Assembly: GCA_951406725.2 (NCBI GenBank)
Contig: OX597819.1
Span: forward strand, 115,754,001-115,818,000
From: Octopus vulgaris
Lineage: Eukaryota
Direction: 5' to 3'
Length of the DNA stretch: 64,000 nucleotides
Position 1 is the stretch's first letter. Every line of letters begins with the position of its first letter. Made by a program: the position numbers and the translations under genes. The notes under the pieces are model-generated. The model made no database searches, was not told the DNA's origin, and saw only the letters and a list, made by a program, of their open reading frames with translations. Positions 1 to 14,140 of this stretch are shown here, one piece after another.

Positions 1-131
1 TGCGTAACTGGTACTTAGTTAATCGACCCCGAAAGGATGAAAAGCAAAGTCGACCACGGCGGAATTTGAACGCAGAACGTAACGGCGGGTGAAATACCGC
101 TAAGTATTTCATTGATTTTGCCAGCTCGTCT
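1..131 (-). mobile_element. SINE family B (tRNA-like head; central GCCTTTCATCCTTTCGGGGTCGAT..AAGTACCAG domain), partial, part of inverted duplication
   Basis: Reverse complement matches the family-B copies at 18843, 21345 and 54383; shares diagnostic changes with the copy at 2803. Confidence 0.9.
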
Positions 132-587
132 CCCCCACCCCTCATTAACGATAACTATCTGAAAACTCAAGTGAGACCTACAATAAAGTACTATACCCTT
201 ATCTGAGACGGTACCGCTACTACAGTCACGGACATCCTAGACCGCCTCCGATGAAAATTATTCGATTACTTACGCATTAACCCACTCGCCAACGCACCAC
301 CAACAGCTCATAGACACACTCTTTCTCTCTTCCTTTTCTACAGCTACCATAGTAGCCTCTAATCAGCTCATCTAGCTCATAACACTAACCCAGGCACACG
401 CGCGCGCTGACTGTTTCCTACACTGACTATTTCCATTCAGAACGTCGACTTTCTGGAATTCTCTTGCTGCAACCTTCAGCCATTGAAACGGACAGTTACC
501 GGCATTGGTCAGTCTGTGGTCTTGGAATGTCTGCAATGGTCGAGTGCACGAACCCCTCTTCCAAACCATACAATTAAAAATATTATT
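132..587 (+). pseudogene. 3' end of decayed CR1/L2-group LINE (inverted duplicate of 2263-2802)
   Basis: Reads RTSTFWNSLAA..NLQPLKRTV, matching the RT-ORF C-terminal pattern 'PRT..LWNSLP..YNL..FK'; reverse-complement match to 2263-2802. Confidence 0.75.
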
Positions 588-1254
588 GGGACTGAGTTTC
601 TGATTTTAGTATTTTTTTTTCTAAGAGAAAGAGCAGACAGAAGCGGAGAAAACGATTTGAATGTTCATTTACTCGATTGAAATTTAATAAGCTTCTCCAT
701 CACCATCGACCCAAGCGTTTAAGTCTCGTAGATAATTTTCTCCATTCATAAACTACTTCAATTAGCACGATAATTATTTTTATGAAGAATATATCTTCCC
801 AGCGACGTCTACATTAAATTTATTTCAAAATGCTTCAAAACTTGACTCATTCAACAAACTACTACAGCATGGCCCATCCATTTTCTCTATAATAGTTATT
901 TAGATAAAAAATAACAAAAGGTTGATTCAATTGAAAAGAAAAATTAAGATATAATTACCGAGACTAAAATACCAGCCATGCAAGTGTAGTTGTTGTATAA
1001 ATAGCCTGCATCTAAATAGCATATAAATTAGAATCATTTTTAAATAGCATGGGACTCACTAAGTTCATTGACATTATTTTAGAAATATTTTCTTTCATGT
1101 CCGACTCCTGTGACTTAGTTATGTAGATTATTAATTTTAGTTACATTTAAATTTCATTTAATTTTATAAAAATGTATTGCGACTGGTCTGCACGAAGGAA
1201 CTGTTTCCATTCATATAAATTATCCAGAAATATAAAGAAAAACTTTTTGAGCAG

Positions 1255-2256
<1,002 letters not shown>

Positions 2257-2802
2257 TGGGTAAATAATATTTTCAATTGTATGGTTTGGAAGAGTGGTTT
2301 GTGCACATGACCATTGCAGACACTCTAAGACCACAGACTGACCAATGCCGGTAACTGTCCGTTTCAATGGCTGAAGGTTGCGGCAAGAGAATTCCAGAAC
2401 GTCGACGTTCTGAATGGAAATAGTCAATGTAGGAAACAGTGCGCGCTCGCGTATGCCTCGGTTTGTATTAGAGTTAGTGCAGAATTTAGGTTGGTAGACA
2501 TAATATGGATGATAAGAGGTGAGACGAATGAATCGACAATGTCTGGGTGAAGATGGCGTGTTATGAGCTAGATCAGCGGAGTAGAGGCTACTATGGTAGC
2601 AGTAGAAAAGGAAGAGAGAGAGAGAGTGTGTGTCCATGAGTTGTTGGTGGAGCGCTGGCAAGTGGGTTGATGTGTAAGTAAACGAATAATTTTCATCGGA
2701 GGCGGCCTTGGATGTAGCAGCGGTACCGTCTCAGATAAGGGAATAATACTTTATTGTAGGTCTCACATGAGTTTTCAGATAGTTATCATTAATGGGGGTG
2801 GG

Positions 2803-3190
2803 GGAGACGAGCTGGCAAAATCAATTAAGTGCTTAGCGGTATTTCACCCGCCGTTACGTTTTGAGTTCAAATTCAGCCGTGGTCGACTTCGCCTTCATTC
2901 TTTCGAAGTCGACAAATTAAGTACCAGTTACGCACTGGGGTCGATGTAATCGACTTAATCCGTGTGTCTGTTCTTGTTTGCAACCCTGTGTGTTTAGCCC
3001 CTTGTGGGTTGTAAAGAAATAGGTATTTCACCTGCCGTTATGTTCTGAGTTCAAATTCCGCCGTGGTCGACTTCGCCTTGTAGCCTTTCGATGTCGACAA
3101 ATTAAGTACCAGTGAAACACTGGGGTCGATGTAATCGACTAGTCCCCTCCCACTAAATTTCAGGCCTTGTGCCTTTAAGAGAAGGGATTA
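2803..3190 (+). mobile_element. SINE family B, internally duplicated (dimeric)
   Basis: Two tandem copies of the TTCAAATTC..GGTCGAC..AAGTACCAG..CTGGGGTCGATGTAATCGACT block with two different tails. Confidence 0.9.
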
Positions 3191-4018
3191 TTAACGGGAG
3201 ATGAAGAACTTATTGCTTCTGAAAAGTATTGTAAATACATAGTCTTCGCTAGGTTGAGGATATTTGATCCTCAAAATAAATACTTAATATATTGAAGCTT
3301 AGCATTTGAAGCAATGATAAAGATTCTAATTTCGCGCTGAGGTGCAATAATACTTGTTTGACATATGCAGGGTGAGTGTATTTGTTTATTTTTTGCCGTT
3401 GAAGAAGCAAAGAAATGACATGATTTCAGTGGAAGTAGTTTTCTAGGTCCCTGTTCATGGAATCAATGTAAATGCTTCATGAGATATCTCGGTTGTACAT
3501 AGACGAGGCTGGATGCGTTAGGTCAGGGAGAAATGAGCAATGGTAACATTTGCATAAGAATGAGCGTTGTTAGACACATTGACAAGTAGGTAGTTGATGC
3601 ATGGAAGGAAATGAGAGACAAAACTGAATCTGAGTTGTCAGAGTGTAAGTCGGAGAGCTCTCCATCTATATATACCGAAATATTGCGATTTGACGGGAAG
3701 ATTTGACTCGAAGAGACAAGGTTAAATGGTATCCATAGCCCGATAAATTTGGTTCGTTGACTCATGCGCAAGACATTGTCGAAAATATTTTCTGATGCTC
3801 AGGACAAAAACATGGCTCTTATCAAATTAATTCCTCCTGGAACAGGTCTTCAATAGATCTTGAAGGAGGAGATTAAAGGTTTGGAGAAGTAGGTTTATTA
3901 ATGATTATCTCCGTCACCTTCGCAATACTGGAAGTGACATAAGACGTATTTGGTAGGATCGGATGGGCTGTCTTTCTTGGAATGGAACGTTGTTGCCTGT
4001 TTATAAAGTGGGGGATAT

Positions 4019-4067
<49 letters not shown>

Positions 4068-4577
4068 TAAGAAGGGGAGAGAGAGGAGAAGGAGAGAAGT
4101 TGCAAATGTTGGTGAGTATAATGGTGCATTGCTTGAGGATAATGGAAGGGGCAATATTAGGACTGCTGGACACGATGGTTTAAAGCGGTTGGAAGTACTT
4201 TTTTTTATTTAGTGTATACGCATATGTGTATCGTGATAATACTGTTTGACTGGAAAGGGTCAGTTAGGGAGGTTATTTAGCTAACGTGTACTGTGTGGCT
4301 GACAAAATGATTTGCTACTGTTTAGATCTGCACCTACAGTCGGCTCGTGACCTCCATGCGCACCGTGGGCCCCATCCTACACAACCGGGTATCGAAAATC
4401 ACTTTAGCAGTGCGGCCATTGTTGTATCACAGTTCCGGAGTCGGACATTCGCCACAGTTCTATGAATGCGATGAATGGAAGCATTCAGCACAGTTCGGAT
4501 GTTGAAGAAGTTGTAATATTGTCCAAAAATCGTACAGCTTGAAGTGGATGAATGATTTTCTCTATAGATTTTTAAAA

Positions 4578-4990
4578 TTTCTTTATTGCCCTCAAGGGGC
4601 TAAACACAGAGGGGACAAACAAGGACAGACAAAGGGATTAAGTCGATTAGATCGACCCCAGTGCCATACTGGTACTTAATTTATCGACCTCGAAAGGATG
4701 AAAGGCAAAGTCGACCACGGCGGAATCTGAACTCAGAAAGTAAAGCCCGACGAAATACCTATTTCTTTATTATCCACAAGTGGCTAAACACAGAGGGAAC
4801 AAACAAGGACAGACATAGGTATTAAGTCGATTACATCGACCCCAGTTCGTAACTGGTACTTAATTTATCGACCCCGAAAGGATGAAAGGCAAAGTCGACC
4901 TCGGCGGAATTTGAACTCACAACGTAACGCAGACGAAATAACGCTAAATATTTCGCCCGGCGCGCTAACGTTTCTGCCAGTTACCCGCCT
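4578..4990 (-). mobile_element. SINE family B dimer with target-site duplication
   Basis: Family-B match; flanked by TTTTCTCTATAG(A/G)TTTTT at ~4556 and ~4990. Confidence 0.92.
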
Positions 4991-5954
4991 TTTCTCTATA
5001 GGTTTTTGTCTTTACATTTTGATCGATCTACTGCTATTCAGCTATAAATAATCCAGGGCTTAAGGGCTGTGAGTTTTGCTTGTATATTTGAATATTGGGT
5101 GGGTTGGGTTCATCTATAAAACTATGGTCTCGGTTACCCGTCTAGTTGTTATTGATGGATCAGCACTGAACTATGTGCTACCTGTGGTAATTATCATAAA
5201 ACTCGCGAAATTCCGACCAGTTAGCTAGGTATCCAGGAGGCTGGGGCATAGCGTAGTATGTATATGCTTGGTAGAAAGTCGAGATATGATAATGTTTGAA
5301 AGAATCGATATATGCAGAGTAGTTTATGATCTTGTAGAGTTTGCTTTTGGAAGAGAATGAGATCAATGTTGTTTAGAGTATCTGTATGTCTGTCATGGGT
5401 GCGTGTAAGGGTTGACACTAGCTGATCCTCTGAGGCGGCTTCACTACGCAATAATTGTGAAAGCCAAGAAGAGTGGTAGGTTTTAAAGATAAAGTATTAA
5501 AGTAGGTGATAATGTCGGAAGCTGGAGGTGAATTGAAATAGATGTCTCTGATACTGGAAGTGATATAATCGAAAACTTCTTAGTTGGAAAGGTTACGTGA
5601 GCGTTTGAAGAAGCAGAAGTATTTGAAAGATTAAGAGAGGGAAATGTTTGTAGAAGTCCAGCTGAGAGAGATGAGAGGCGAGAAAAGCGGAGGTATGAGG
5701 AGTCAAAGTCAAACAAACTGTATAGACACATATAAACACACACACACACAAACACACGCACACACACATTTACACACTCACGTACACTCGTACATATATG
5801 TATGCTTGTGTATGTATATATTTGCATTTATAATCCTTAATTCCTTAATGTCAAATTGAAATTTCTAATCCTGCCAAATATTATGAAGAAATGATTATTT
5901 CCCTTGTAATAACTGTCGAAAAGGTAACGGCACGTATATATCTATATCTATATC

Positions 5955-5986
<32 letters not shown>

Positions 5987-6021
5987 TGTATGTATGTATG
6001 TATGTATGTATGTATGTATGT

Positions 6022-6386
6022 ATGTTGCATAAAGGATCATGGGTAAGGCAAGAACAATGCGAAGTAAAAGCAAGACAAATCACAAGAAAACAAATATATG
6101 AATTAATGTAAACTTACCTTGCATTCAATATTTCAGGGTTATGACCCCATTCTCAAGAAATTAACGAATATTGCAGATGTGCGTGTGTGTGAGTGTGTGT
6201 GTGGAGCGGACATGCCCGGAAAGTTGTTGCTATAGCAACCAGCTAGCTTCCTGTAGCACCCTTCTGTTATTGAGTCATAACCCCGAAATATTGAATGCAT
6301 ATTGATTCATATATTTGTTTTCTTGTGATTTGCCTTCATTTTACTTCGCATTGCCCTGGTCTTACCCACGACTCTTTATACAATAT
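6022..6386. mobile_element. Palindromic MITE-like element with ~120-bp imperfect terminal inverted repeats
   Basis: 6022-6146 vs 6272-6386 reverse-complement match; central GTTGCTATAGCAAC palindrome. Confidence 0.75.
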
Positions 6387-6417
6387 ATTCTACACAATAC
6401 CTCATAATAACTATTGC

Positions 6418-6463
<46 letters not shown>

Positions 6464-6549
6464 GTATATATATGTATATATATATATATATAGTGATGTA
6501 AATAAAGAGTCTAAGGTTTAATATACAAAATATACAAACATATACATAC

Positions 6550-6580
<31 letters not shown>

Positions 6581-6586
6581 CATACA

Positions 6587-6652
<66 letters not shown>

Positions 6653-6718
6653 GAGGGAGTGAGTGAGGGAGAGAGAGAGAGATGCAAAAACTGAATGATT
6701 TCCGAAGATGAACATTTA

Positions 6719-7072
6719 TGTATAGGCATATAGATACTTATATATTTACAGAATAAATTAACTTGTAGTACACAAAGTACTGAAAACTAAATGAAGAGGA
6801 GATCGTATTCTAAGTCCCTTATTTTGCTGATCTTTCAACTCTGACGAAGGAGGCTAGCATTACTGTTATGTTTATGTGCAACCTCCACTGATTGCATATC
6901 CTTGACGTTTTACATATTCCATTTATGGATATTACAACTATTACGCAATTCTGAGCCTCCTGAAACAGCTGGCGGACTTAAAGTACCATACCTTGTCCTC
7001 TTAGTTTTCAGTATTTTTTGTACTCCATTTAAATTTATTTTGTAAATGTATAAATATCTATATGCTTATACA
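6719..7072 (+). mobile_element. Penelope-type short element: inverted tail (6719-6790) + hammerhead (6841-6980) + tail (7001-7072)
   Basis: 6719-6790 is an imperfect reverse complement of 7001-7072; hammerhead core lies between them. Confidence 0.7.
6811..6980 (+). ncRNA. Type-I hammerhead ribozyme motif with ~100-nt stem-II insert; cleavage triplet GGC instead of GUC (probably inactive)
   Basis: CTGACGA(6841)-AGGAGGCT...AGCCTCCT-GAAAC-AGCT-GGC; downstream GGACTTA is complementary to TAAGTCC at 6811. Confidence 0.7.
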
Positions 7073-7507
7073 TGAGTGTTCATCCCAATATTTTTCAGTT
7101 TTTGTCTCTCTCTCTATATCCCTATATATATTTACATGAGTTTATATATGTATATTTTGTATATCAAACTGAAGCCTGCTTATGTGCGTCATTGTCTCCA
7201 CATCAGCTCAATTGGATTTCTCTTATAGCCACTTTTTTACCCTACGGACGTAATCCTCGGTAAAGATTTCGGAATGTAAGTTCAAATCATTTTGAGCACT
7301 ACTATGTGTTTTCTATATTGAGAATCTGTGGATCTCACCGATTGAATATCCCCCTTCCTCCCTCACACCTCTCTCTCTATACATACATGCACAGATACAC
7401 ACACAAATATACATGAACACATACAGAACTGCTGTAGATGTTCAGATTCGAACTTTCAGAATGCAATTTGTTTATTCTGTTCTCCAAGTTTTGCTACTAC
7501 AAAATAT

Positions 7508-8558
7508 TGGCAAAGCAACAAGAACAGTTAAAAGAATATACAATAGAAATTTCCTCTATGAACAAGTTTGCTAAAGGTTTTTAAATTTAGCCTTTTGATG
7601 TGCCACTAAATAATTCTTTAAAAGACGCAACCACTATTACGAATGAGAGAAACAAGACGGAAGCGATATACTGCAATATAAATCCATATTGCACATTCAT
7701 GAATCATAAACAATATTTATTACCAACAAAGTTCTATAATAAATATATAAACCATTATAAAACGTCTGTTGTTAGAATTTTCAAAGTAGACAACGAAGCA
7801 AGCACAACAATACGTTTATTATATTCTAAATTCTGATAGCATTTTCATTAGCTGAAATCATTTTTAATTGGCTTATCACATAAAAGATAACTAATTATTT
7901 GAGGTATTTGAAGGCTAATGCTCCATAGTAAAAAATAATCAATGACTTAAGTAGATTTTGTACTTACTGTTAAGTATGTCTAGTCATCTCTGTTTGAACA
8001 GAATTAACGTCGTAATGGTAGTCGATCTAGCGCTTCAAAGAAATGTAAACGCTCTACTTACTGAGCAGGAAAAAATTTTGTGTTCTTTTAAAATATTTGA
8101 TCTGGAGTAAGGATGCTTGTCCATGGCCTCCATCAGCTTTCCAAGCAGGCGAGTTCGATTCGATTGATGTTCGTTTAGAACACTCGAAAATGGACGACCG
8201 CAAGAAAACACGGGCAGGGATCACTTTCCAGGGGACTGACATTAATGATGGAAGCTTTAGTCATAGCTGCTGGTGTGAGCCGAAGTAGTTCTAACAACAG
8301 ACGTTTTATAATGGTTTATATATTTATTATAGAACTTTGTTGGTAATAAATATTGTTTATGATTCATGAATGTGCAATATGGATTTATATTGCAGAATAT
8401 CGCTTCCGTCTTGTTTCTCTCATTCGTAATAGTGGTTGCTTCTTTTAAAGAATTATTTAGTGGCTCATCAAAAGGCTAAATTTAAAAACTTTTAGCAAAC
8501 TTGTTCATAGAAGAAATTTCTATTGTATATTCTTTTAACTGTTCTTGTTGCTTTGCCA
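7508..8558. repeat. 270-bp near-perfect inverted repeat (7508-7777 / 8289-8558) with ~510-bp spacer
   Basis: Direct comparison: about 5 substitutions across 270 bp. Confidence 0.95.
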
Positions 8559-10485
8559 GTAGTAAATAGAAGAGGCGAAATGAGTGAATCTTTGAGTGGT
8601 CGACTTGTAGTTGGTACTCGTCCAGCAACATTCGAAGTAGACAATACTGGATTATAGTAATATTGAAATATCGGAACTTCTTTTAGCGTGAAGCCTTATT
8701 GAAGCTTCCTGAGAGAGTACATGACGGCTTAAATATGTTGAAGCCACGTAGGTCACAGGTGTATCCAGGGATCAATTTAAGCATGGATGTGAGCTTAAGT
8801 ACTTCACTATGCAACTACATGACTTCGGGTTCAATTCCACTGCAGATGACTTGAACAAATAGTTTTTTTCTGCTATAATACAGGATCAACCTATTGTGAA
8901 GAATATTTAGTAAACGGAACAAGTGGGAAGCTCCTCGGAGGCATCTTTTCTTCTGTTGGATTGTCGAATTAATCCCGTTGCCTGTTTAACACCACCACTC
9001 AACCATCTAATGTTTTAGTGGCGTTCGTTCTGTTACGAACATTCAAAATAAGTATCCAGGTAGAAGATAATTTCCTCTTTACTTCCCATCTCTCTGTTGG
9101 TGTCCTAAAAGACTGGAAAAATATCTCAATCATTATAAATTCTTTCAGCCAGTAACAAAATGACTCATTATTTTACATGGCTCTGTAAACAGGAAAGGCT
9201 GTTTCAATAATAATAACAAGACAAGTTCAATACAACAACAACGACAACAAGACAGTCGCTGCAGGCAAGAGAACAAGCTCATGACAAATTTTTAGAAACG
9301 ATATTGACAACAACAAAATAGGAGATGCTATGACATATCTATTAGCGGTTATTTTTCAGATAAGAAATCCTGACCGATGAATAATACAATAGCAAAACCT
9401 CGTGTCAAGAGATATGAAAAATACGACATTTTGCAAGGCATCTGACGAGGAATATATTGTTTAACGAAGGCGCTAAATTTCCATATCCCAAGGTCTTGTT
9501 TCAGCAGCATTACACTTGATTTATTAGAAGTTGCATACGAATGGTTACTTACGTAAGCGTTAACAGAAAATTTTACTTTATTTTTTTTTTCTCTATATGT
9601 CAGCCATTTTCTATGAGAATAAAGATGGCTTCTTCTTTAAAATATAGTTCTTTATACAAATGTACAACAAATGCAATTTAGAATGGCTTTTGTGATAATT
9701 CGGAACGCGAAAACTGGACTTCGCTGTTTTATTCTTGTAAAAATTTGTATACGAGAAACGTTTCATAAGATTATTAAAGAATTGTGAACACCTTGTAATT
9801 TTTTTTTTAAAATCCTGTTTTTAGTATTATTGATATGTCATAGCATTTGACTTGTAGTGTATTCGTGTTCATAAAAATTATTTGTTAAAAACGCAAAGAC
9901 CTAAAGAAAAGAAAACAGAAAATAGTGAACGAGATAGTCTTAAATGATGAATGATAAGCCAAGATAGAATTGCTTTAACACTATGTCCTAAAAAATGAAC
10001 ATAAATTTTCACATTTTAAAAGTTTTTTTTTTACGTATCCACTTTTCAAAAATACTGCACGATCCACTGCCTATTGATAAATTATTCAATATTCACGCAT
10101 AAATATCGAACCAATGAGGGGGTCTCTACGTGGTTACTCGATCTGCAAGAACTTCTAATTTCATCTGTTTCAAATCACACTTTACCATCCTAAAAACATA
10201 AAAGACACAGATTATGCGGTTCTTGATATTCTATATATAAAGAAAAGATAGGACAGTGTCAGTCACGGGTAGAATGTTTTTCCTCATAGCTTTTAATTCA
10301 TAAAAGATGACCTGGTGTTAAACAACAACAACAATAATAACAATAAAAACAATAATAATAACAATAACTTCATTACATGCTGACTGCCAAAGAAACATTA
10401 AATATACACCCAACGGAGTGTTACCCGTCATATGACATATAGCTTTAGGCACATACATATCAGAAAATATGGTATACTCTCTCTG

Positions 10486-10710
10486 TTTACTCATTTACTT
10501 GTTTCAGTCATTTGACTGCTGCCATGCTGGAGCACCGCCTTTAGTCGAGCAAATCGCCCCCAGGACTTATTCTTTGTAAGCCTAGTACTTATTCTATCGG
10601 TCTCTTTTGCCGAACCGCTAAGTTACGGGGACGTAAACACAACAGCATCGGTTGCCAAGCGATGTTGGGGGACAAACGCAGACACACAAACACATACACA
10701 CACATACATA

Positions 10711-10773
<63 letters not shown>

Positions 10774-10936
10774 GACGGGCTTCTTTCAGTTTCCGTCCAC
10801 CAAATCCAGTCACAAGGCTTTGGTCGGCCCGAGGCTATAGTAGAAGACACTTGCCCAAGGTGCCACGCAGTGGGACTGAATCCGGAACCACGTGGTTGGT
10901 AAGCAAGCTACTTACCACACAGCCACTCCTACGCCT
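10486..10936 (-). mobile_element. SINE family A, full length
   Basis: Full reverse-complement match to the family, including the internal (TA)n. Confidence 0.95.
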
Positions 10937-12617
10937 ATATGTATAATGATTATATTTTTTCAAATTTGTTGGCGTTTTTACAAAATGTTAACATGGACAC
11001 TAATTTTGAAAAGTATAAAACATTTATTACCTTGAAATAAATTTAAATGAAATAAATTTCTCATTTGCATAATTGCTATAAATATATGTTATTTTTCTAA
11101 ATTTAGTCAACATAATCGCAATTTATACCATCGAAAACTAACTCTCCTAAATTTCATAAAAAAATGTGTATTGTTTATGAAGTTATACGACTCACCTTTC
11201 ACCGCTTATACTAACCCTCACTGTATTGCTATTTCAATGTCCCTTCCCCTCTCTATATATGATTGAAATCCTGACTGCAGATCTCAACCAACCAACCAAC
11301 CAACCAACCAACCAACCAGCCAATCAACCAACAGACTTGAAAATGAGTAAGGCATTTTTGGGGAAATTATTAAACAGACTTTGTACGTTTTAAATGAAAT
11401 AAATAAAAAGATGAAAACTGGAACTGACAACCGTGTACAATACTTGACGTGTATATATCATTGAATGGAGTGATGAATTTTGTCTGAGGAAACGTATCTT
11501 TATAGATGTATGTTAAAAAAAAGACATATACAATGGAACGATGCCAGCATCACCTCGCAAGTCAGTCACAAGAGTAACAGAGGCGTTTCGACCTTCTAAA
11601 TGTATTTTCAATGACGTGTGTCCGTTTGTCATATGACTAAACAAAATTCATTCTCTCCCATACACAGGAAATGGTGAATAATGTATTAATTGATATTGCG
11701 GGAAAACTTTAATTTACAGTTATATAAAGGAAAGCACACTGGATGATGTACCAAGTTAAAGGGAAAGAAAAGATAGTCGTTAGAGAAGGCTTTTGTGAAT
11801 TTGTTGTTAGAGAAGGCTTTTGTTAATTAGAGCTGAAGTACAGCTGAATAACAATAAAAATATATAGATATATCGAGTTTAACGATGGAACCTGAAATAG
11901 ATAAATCTACAAATAATAGCATTTGGCTGGTCCCCAGTGGGACTCGAACCACCATTTGTAAACACGACAACATATATAAATATTTTACTATACAAAGTAC
12001 TATGTTTAAATATGTTTGTCTAAATATAAGGTGTGAAATTACATTAACCAGTACCATAGTGAGTGTTACATACTTTCAAAGACCATCTTAATTCAGTGGA
12101 AAGAGAAAAATAATAGTTTCTATCAGCTAAGTGGTGAAGAGCAGTCGGTTGGTCTTACAATTCCTAATGCAGCCATTACTACATAAAGTAGCTATACCGT
12201 GCAATGTTGAAGTATTAGCCTCGGGTTAACAAAATGAGAAAAAAATTGACTTCCTTATGTATGGCCTTAAGTGCTAACAGAGTAATGTGGTTGTTGGTGT
12301 TGTTTAAAGAGGACAAAAATTTTAAAAATCCATTTAGTAAATGAATCTCGGAAGGGAATCTTTGCTTGTATTATTTTGTAAAGGTTTCGTGGGGAATGGC
12401 GTCAAGAGTAAGAATTGTGCTGCCTGGATAAATGGAGACTTAAGTATGTATGTTTGTTTGTATTTAGGTACATGTGCATTATGTATTCATATATGCATGT
12501 ACGTATGAACGTATATACTTACAATGTCCTGTAGGGGACAGCTGTAATATGTACATACATACATACATACATACATACATACATACATACATACATACAT
12601 ACATACATACATACATA

Positions 12618-13455
12618 CAGAGTGCGATGGGTAAGTTGTCACCATTTTATATCTTTAATTTCGTGCATGCATATTGTTTTTGAATTTTGTCGACGACACA
12701 GTATGGTAGGGTCAGTTGGGCACTGTCTATAAGAAAAAACAGTATCATGACGCAATTTACTCTGCCAGAAATTTGGAAATGATATGCTGTACTGCTTGGC
12801 ATTCGCGCCGGAAGCGCCAGTACGAATATTTCAGAGTAATTGGGTATCAATCTGAGGACATGTAACGAGAAATATAAAAATCAGACATCCAGTCAATATA
12901 ATGGTACTGATCACTAGTGATGGCGACGTTATGCTTCCATTCATTTTCCCACACGCCTCAGACTCAACACGGAGGCCTAAATCAAGTGCCCGGAGGAGGT
13001 AGTGCTGCCCTGGGTCAAGACGGTGGCTGTTGGAGACCCTATATCTAGCAACAGGACTCTGCACCACGCTACACAATCAAGAGAATCAAATCATGGCTGT
13101 CAGACAATTTCTGAAACCACATCACTCCTAACACATCTGGCCACCTAACTCCCCAGACTGCAACCCTGTTGATTATTATGTGTGGGGCGCAGTTGAGACC
13201 AACAAAACTCCCTGTAACACCAAAGATGTACTGAAGGCAAGGATTATGGCAACATTCACCAACTTAAACAAGGAGACTGTCCAGAAGAGTCACAGGAGAT
13301 TCCAAGGTAGTCTGGAAGCCGTGGTTGAAGCCAATGGTGATTATATTGAATAAGTTTACTCTTTCGTATTTCAAGATATTTTTATGTAATGTTGGTAAAT
13401 ATATTTGTTAAAATGAGACGCCAGTGTTATTTTCCTCTCCGCATAATTTAGACCA
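12618..13455 (+). mobile_element. Tc1/mariner DD37D (maT-like) transposon, internally deleted, transposase pseudogene
   Basis: Starts TA|CAGAGTG; QQDSAP...WPPNSPDCNPVDYYVWGAVE with 37 residues between the last two Asp after frameshift correction; ends ..LEAVVEANGDYIE*. Confidence 0.9.
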
Positions 13456-13800
13456 CAGAGGCTATGTGGTAAGAAGTTTACCTGCCAACTACAAGGTTTC
13501 GGGTTCAATCCCACACTGTGGATTTGTTAAAAGGAATGTGAAGGAGGCCCATCGTGTATATGTATACGTACGTATATGTATGTGAAGTTTTGTGTGTGGA
13601 TTTGTCCTCCATCACAGCTTGATAGCTGGTGATGTTGTGTTTACGTCTTCGAAACTTAGCGATTCGGCAAAAGATTTCGACAAAATAAGAATGAAACTTA
13701 AAAAAAACATAGTTCTATATTTAAGAGATGAGGAATTATGTACATTATTTACATTATTTACATTTGACGGATATTTGTCCTCATCTTGTTTGTTGTTAAC

Positions 13801-13844
13801 ACACAACGTTTCGGCTGATATACCCTCCATCCTTCTTCAGGTAT
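13801..13844 (-). ncRNA. Minimal type-I hammerhead ribozyme motif, canonical core
   Basis: Minus strand: ATAC-CTGAAGA-A-GGATG-GAGGGTATAT-CAGCC-GAAA-C-GTT-GTGT; stem II has one mismatch; the plus-strand sibling has perfect GGCTG/CAGCC. Confidence 0.75.
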
Positions 13845-14009
13845 CTTGGGGGAAATTTCGAATCTGGGTTCTCATTACCACTACGCCATATGCCCACGGG
13901 CATATGGAGTAGTGGTTAAGAGCGCGGGCTACTAACCCCAAGGTTCCGAGTTCGATTCCAGGCAGTGACCTGAATAATAATAATAATAATATGCACTGCT
14001 CTCTCACTC

Positions 14010-14086
<77 letters not shown>

Positions 14087-14140
14087 CAATAACATCAAAA
14101 AATACCTTAGGAATGTGAAACCAGGTTCGAAATTTACTCA

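Larger units (their letters stand above)
2263..5700 (-). pseudogene. Decayed non-LTR retrotransposon (CR1/L2/Jockey group): AP endonuclease + reverse transcriptase remnants
   Basis: Minus-strand remnants in order: QLVSTLTRTHDR..NNIDLIL (APE, ~5360-5430); SPNIAPSIILKQC and KKDSPSDPTKY..TSSIAKVTEIIINK (RT N-part, 3900-4170); PSNRNISVYIDGELSDLHS..SVLS (~3610-3700); AHSYANVT (YADD decayed, ~3545-3570); SLSLFLFYCYH..SADL..HPYYV (C-term, 2480-2630). Many stops and frameshifts. Confidence 0.85.

Noticed and set aside
4310-4520. GC-rich insert in the LINE, faintly integrase-like on the minus strand
   Set aside because: Too short and degenerate to call without a search.
8054-8288. ORFs in the inverted-repeat spacer (IWSKDACPWPPS, mariner-like)
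   Set aside because: Similarity limited to a few residues; no SPDLNP motif; cannot assign.
11779-11823. 18-bp direct repeat GTTAGAGAAGGCTTTTGT
   Set aside because: Only two units; a local slippage duplication, not a CRISPR-like array.
13898-13970. tRNA gene
   Set aside because: A/B boxes are present, but the acceptor stem does not close and it runs into (AAT)n plus a tail; it is a SINE head.
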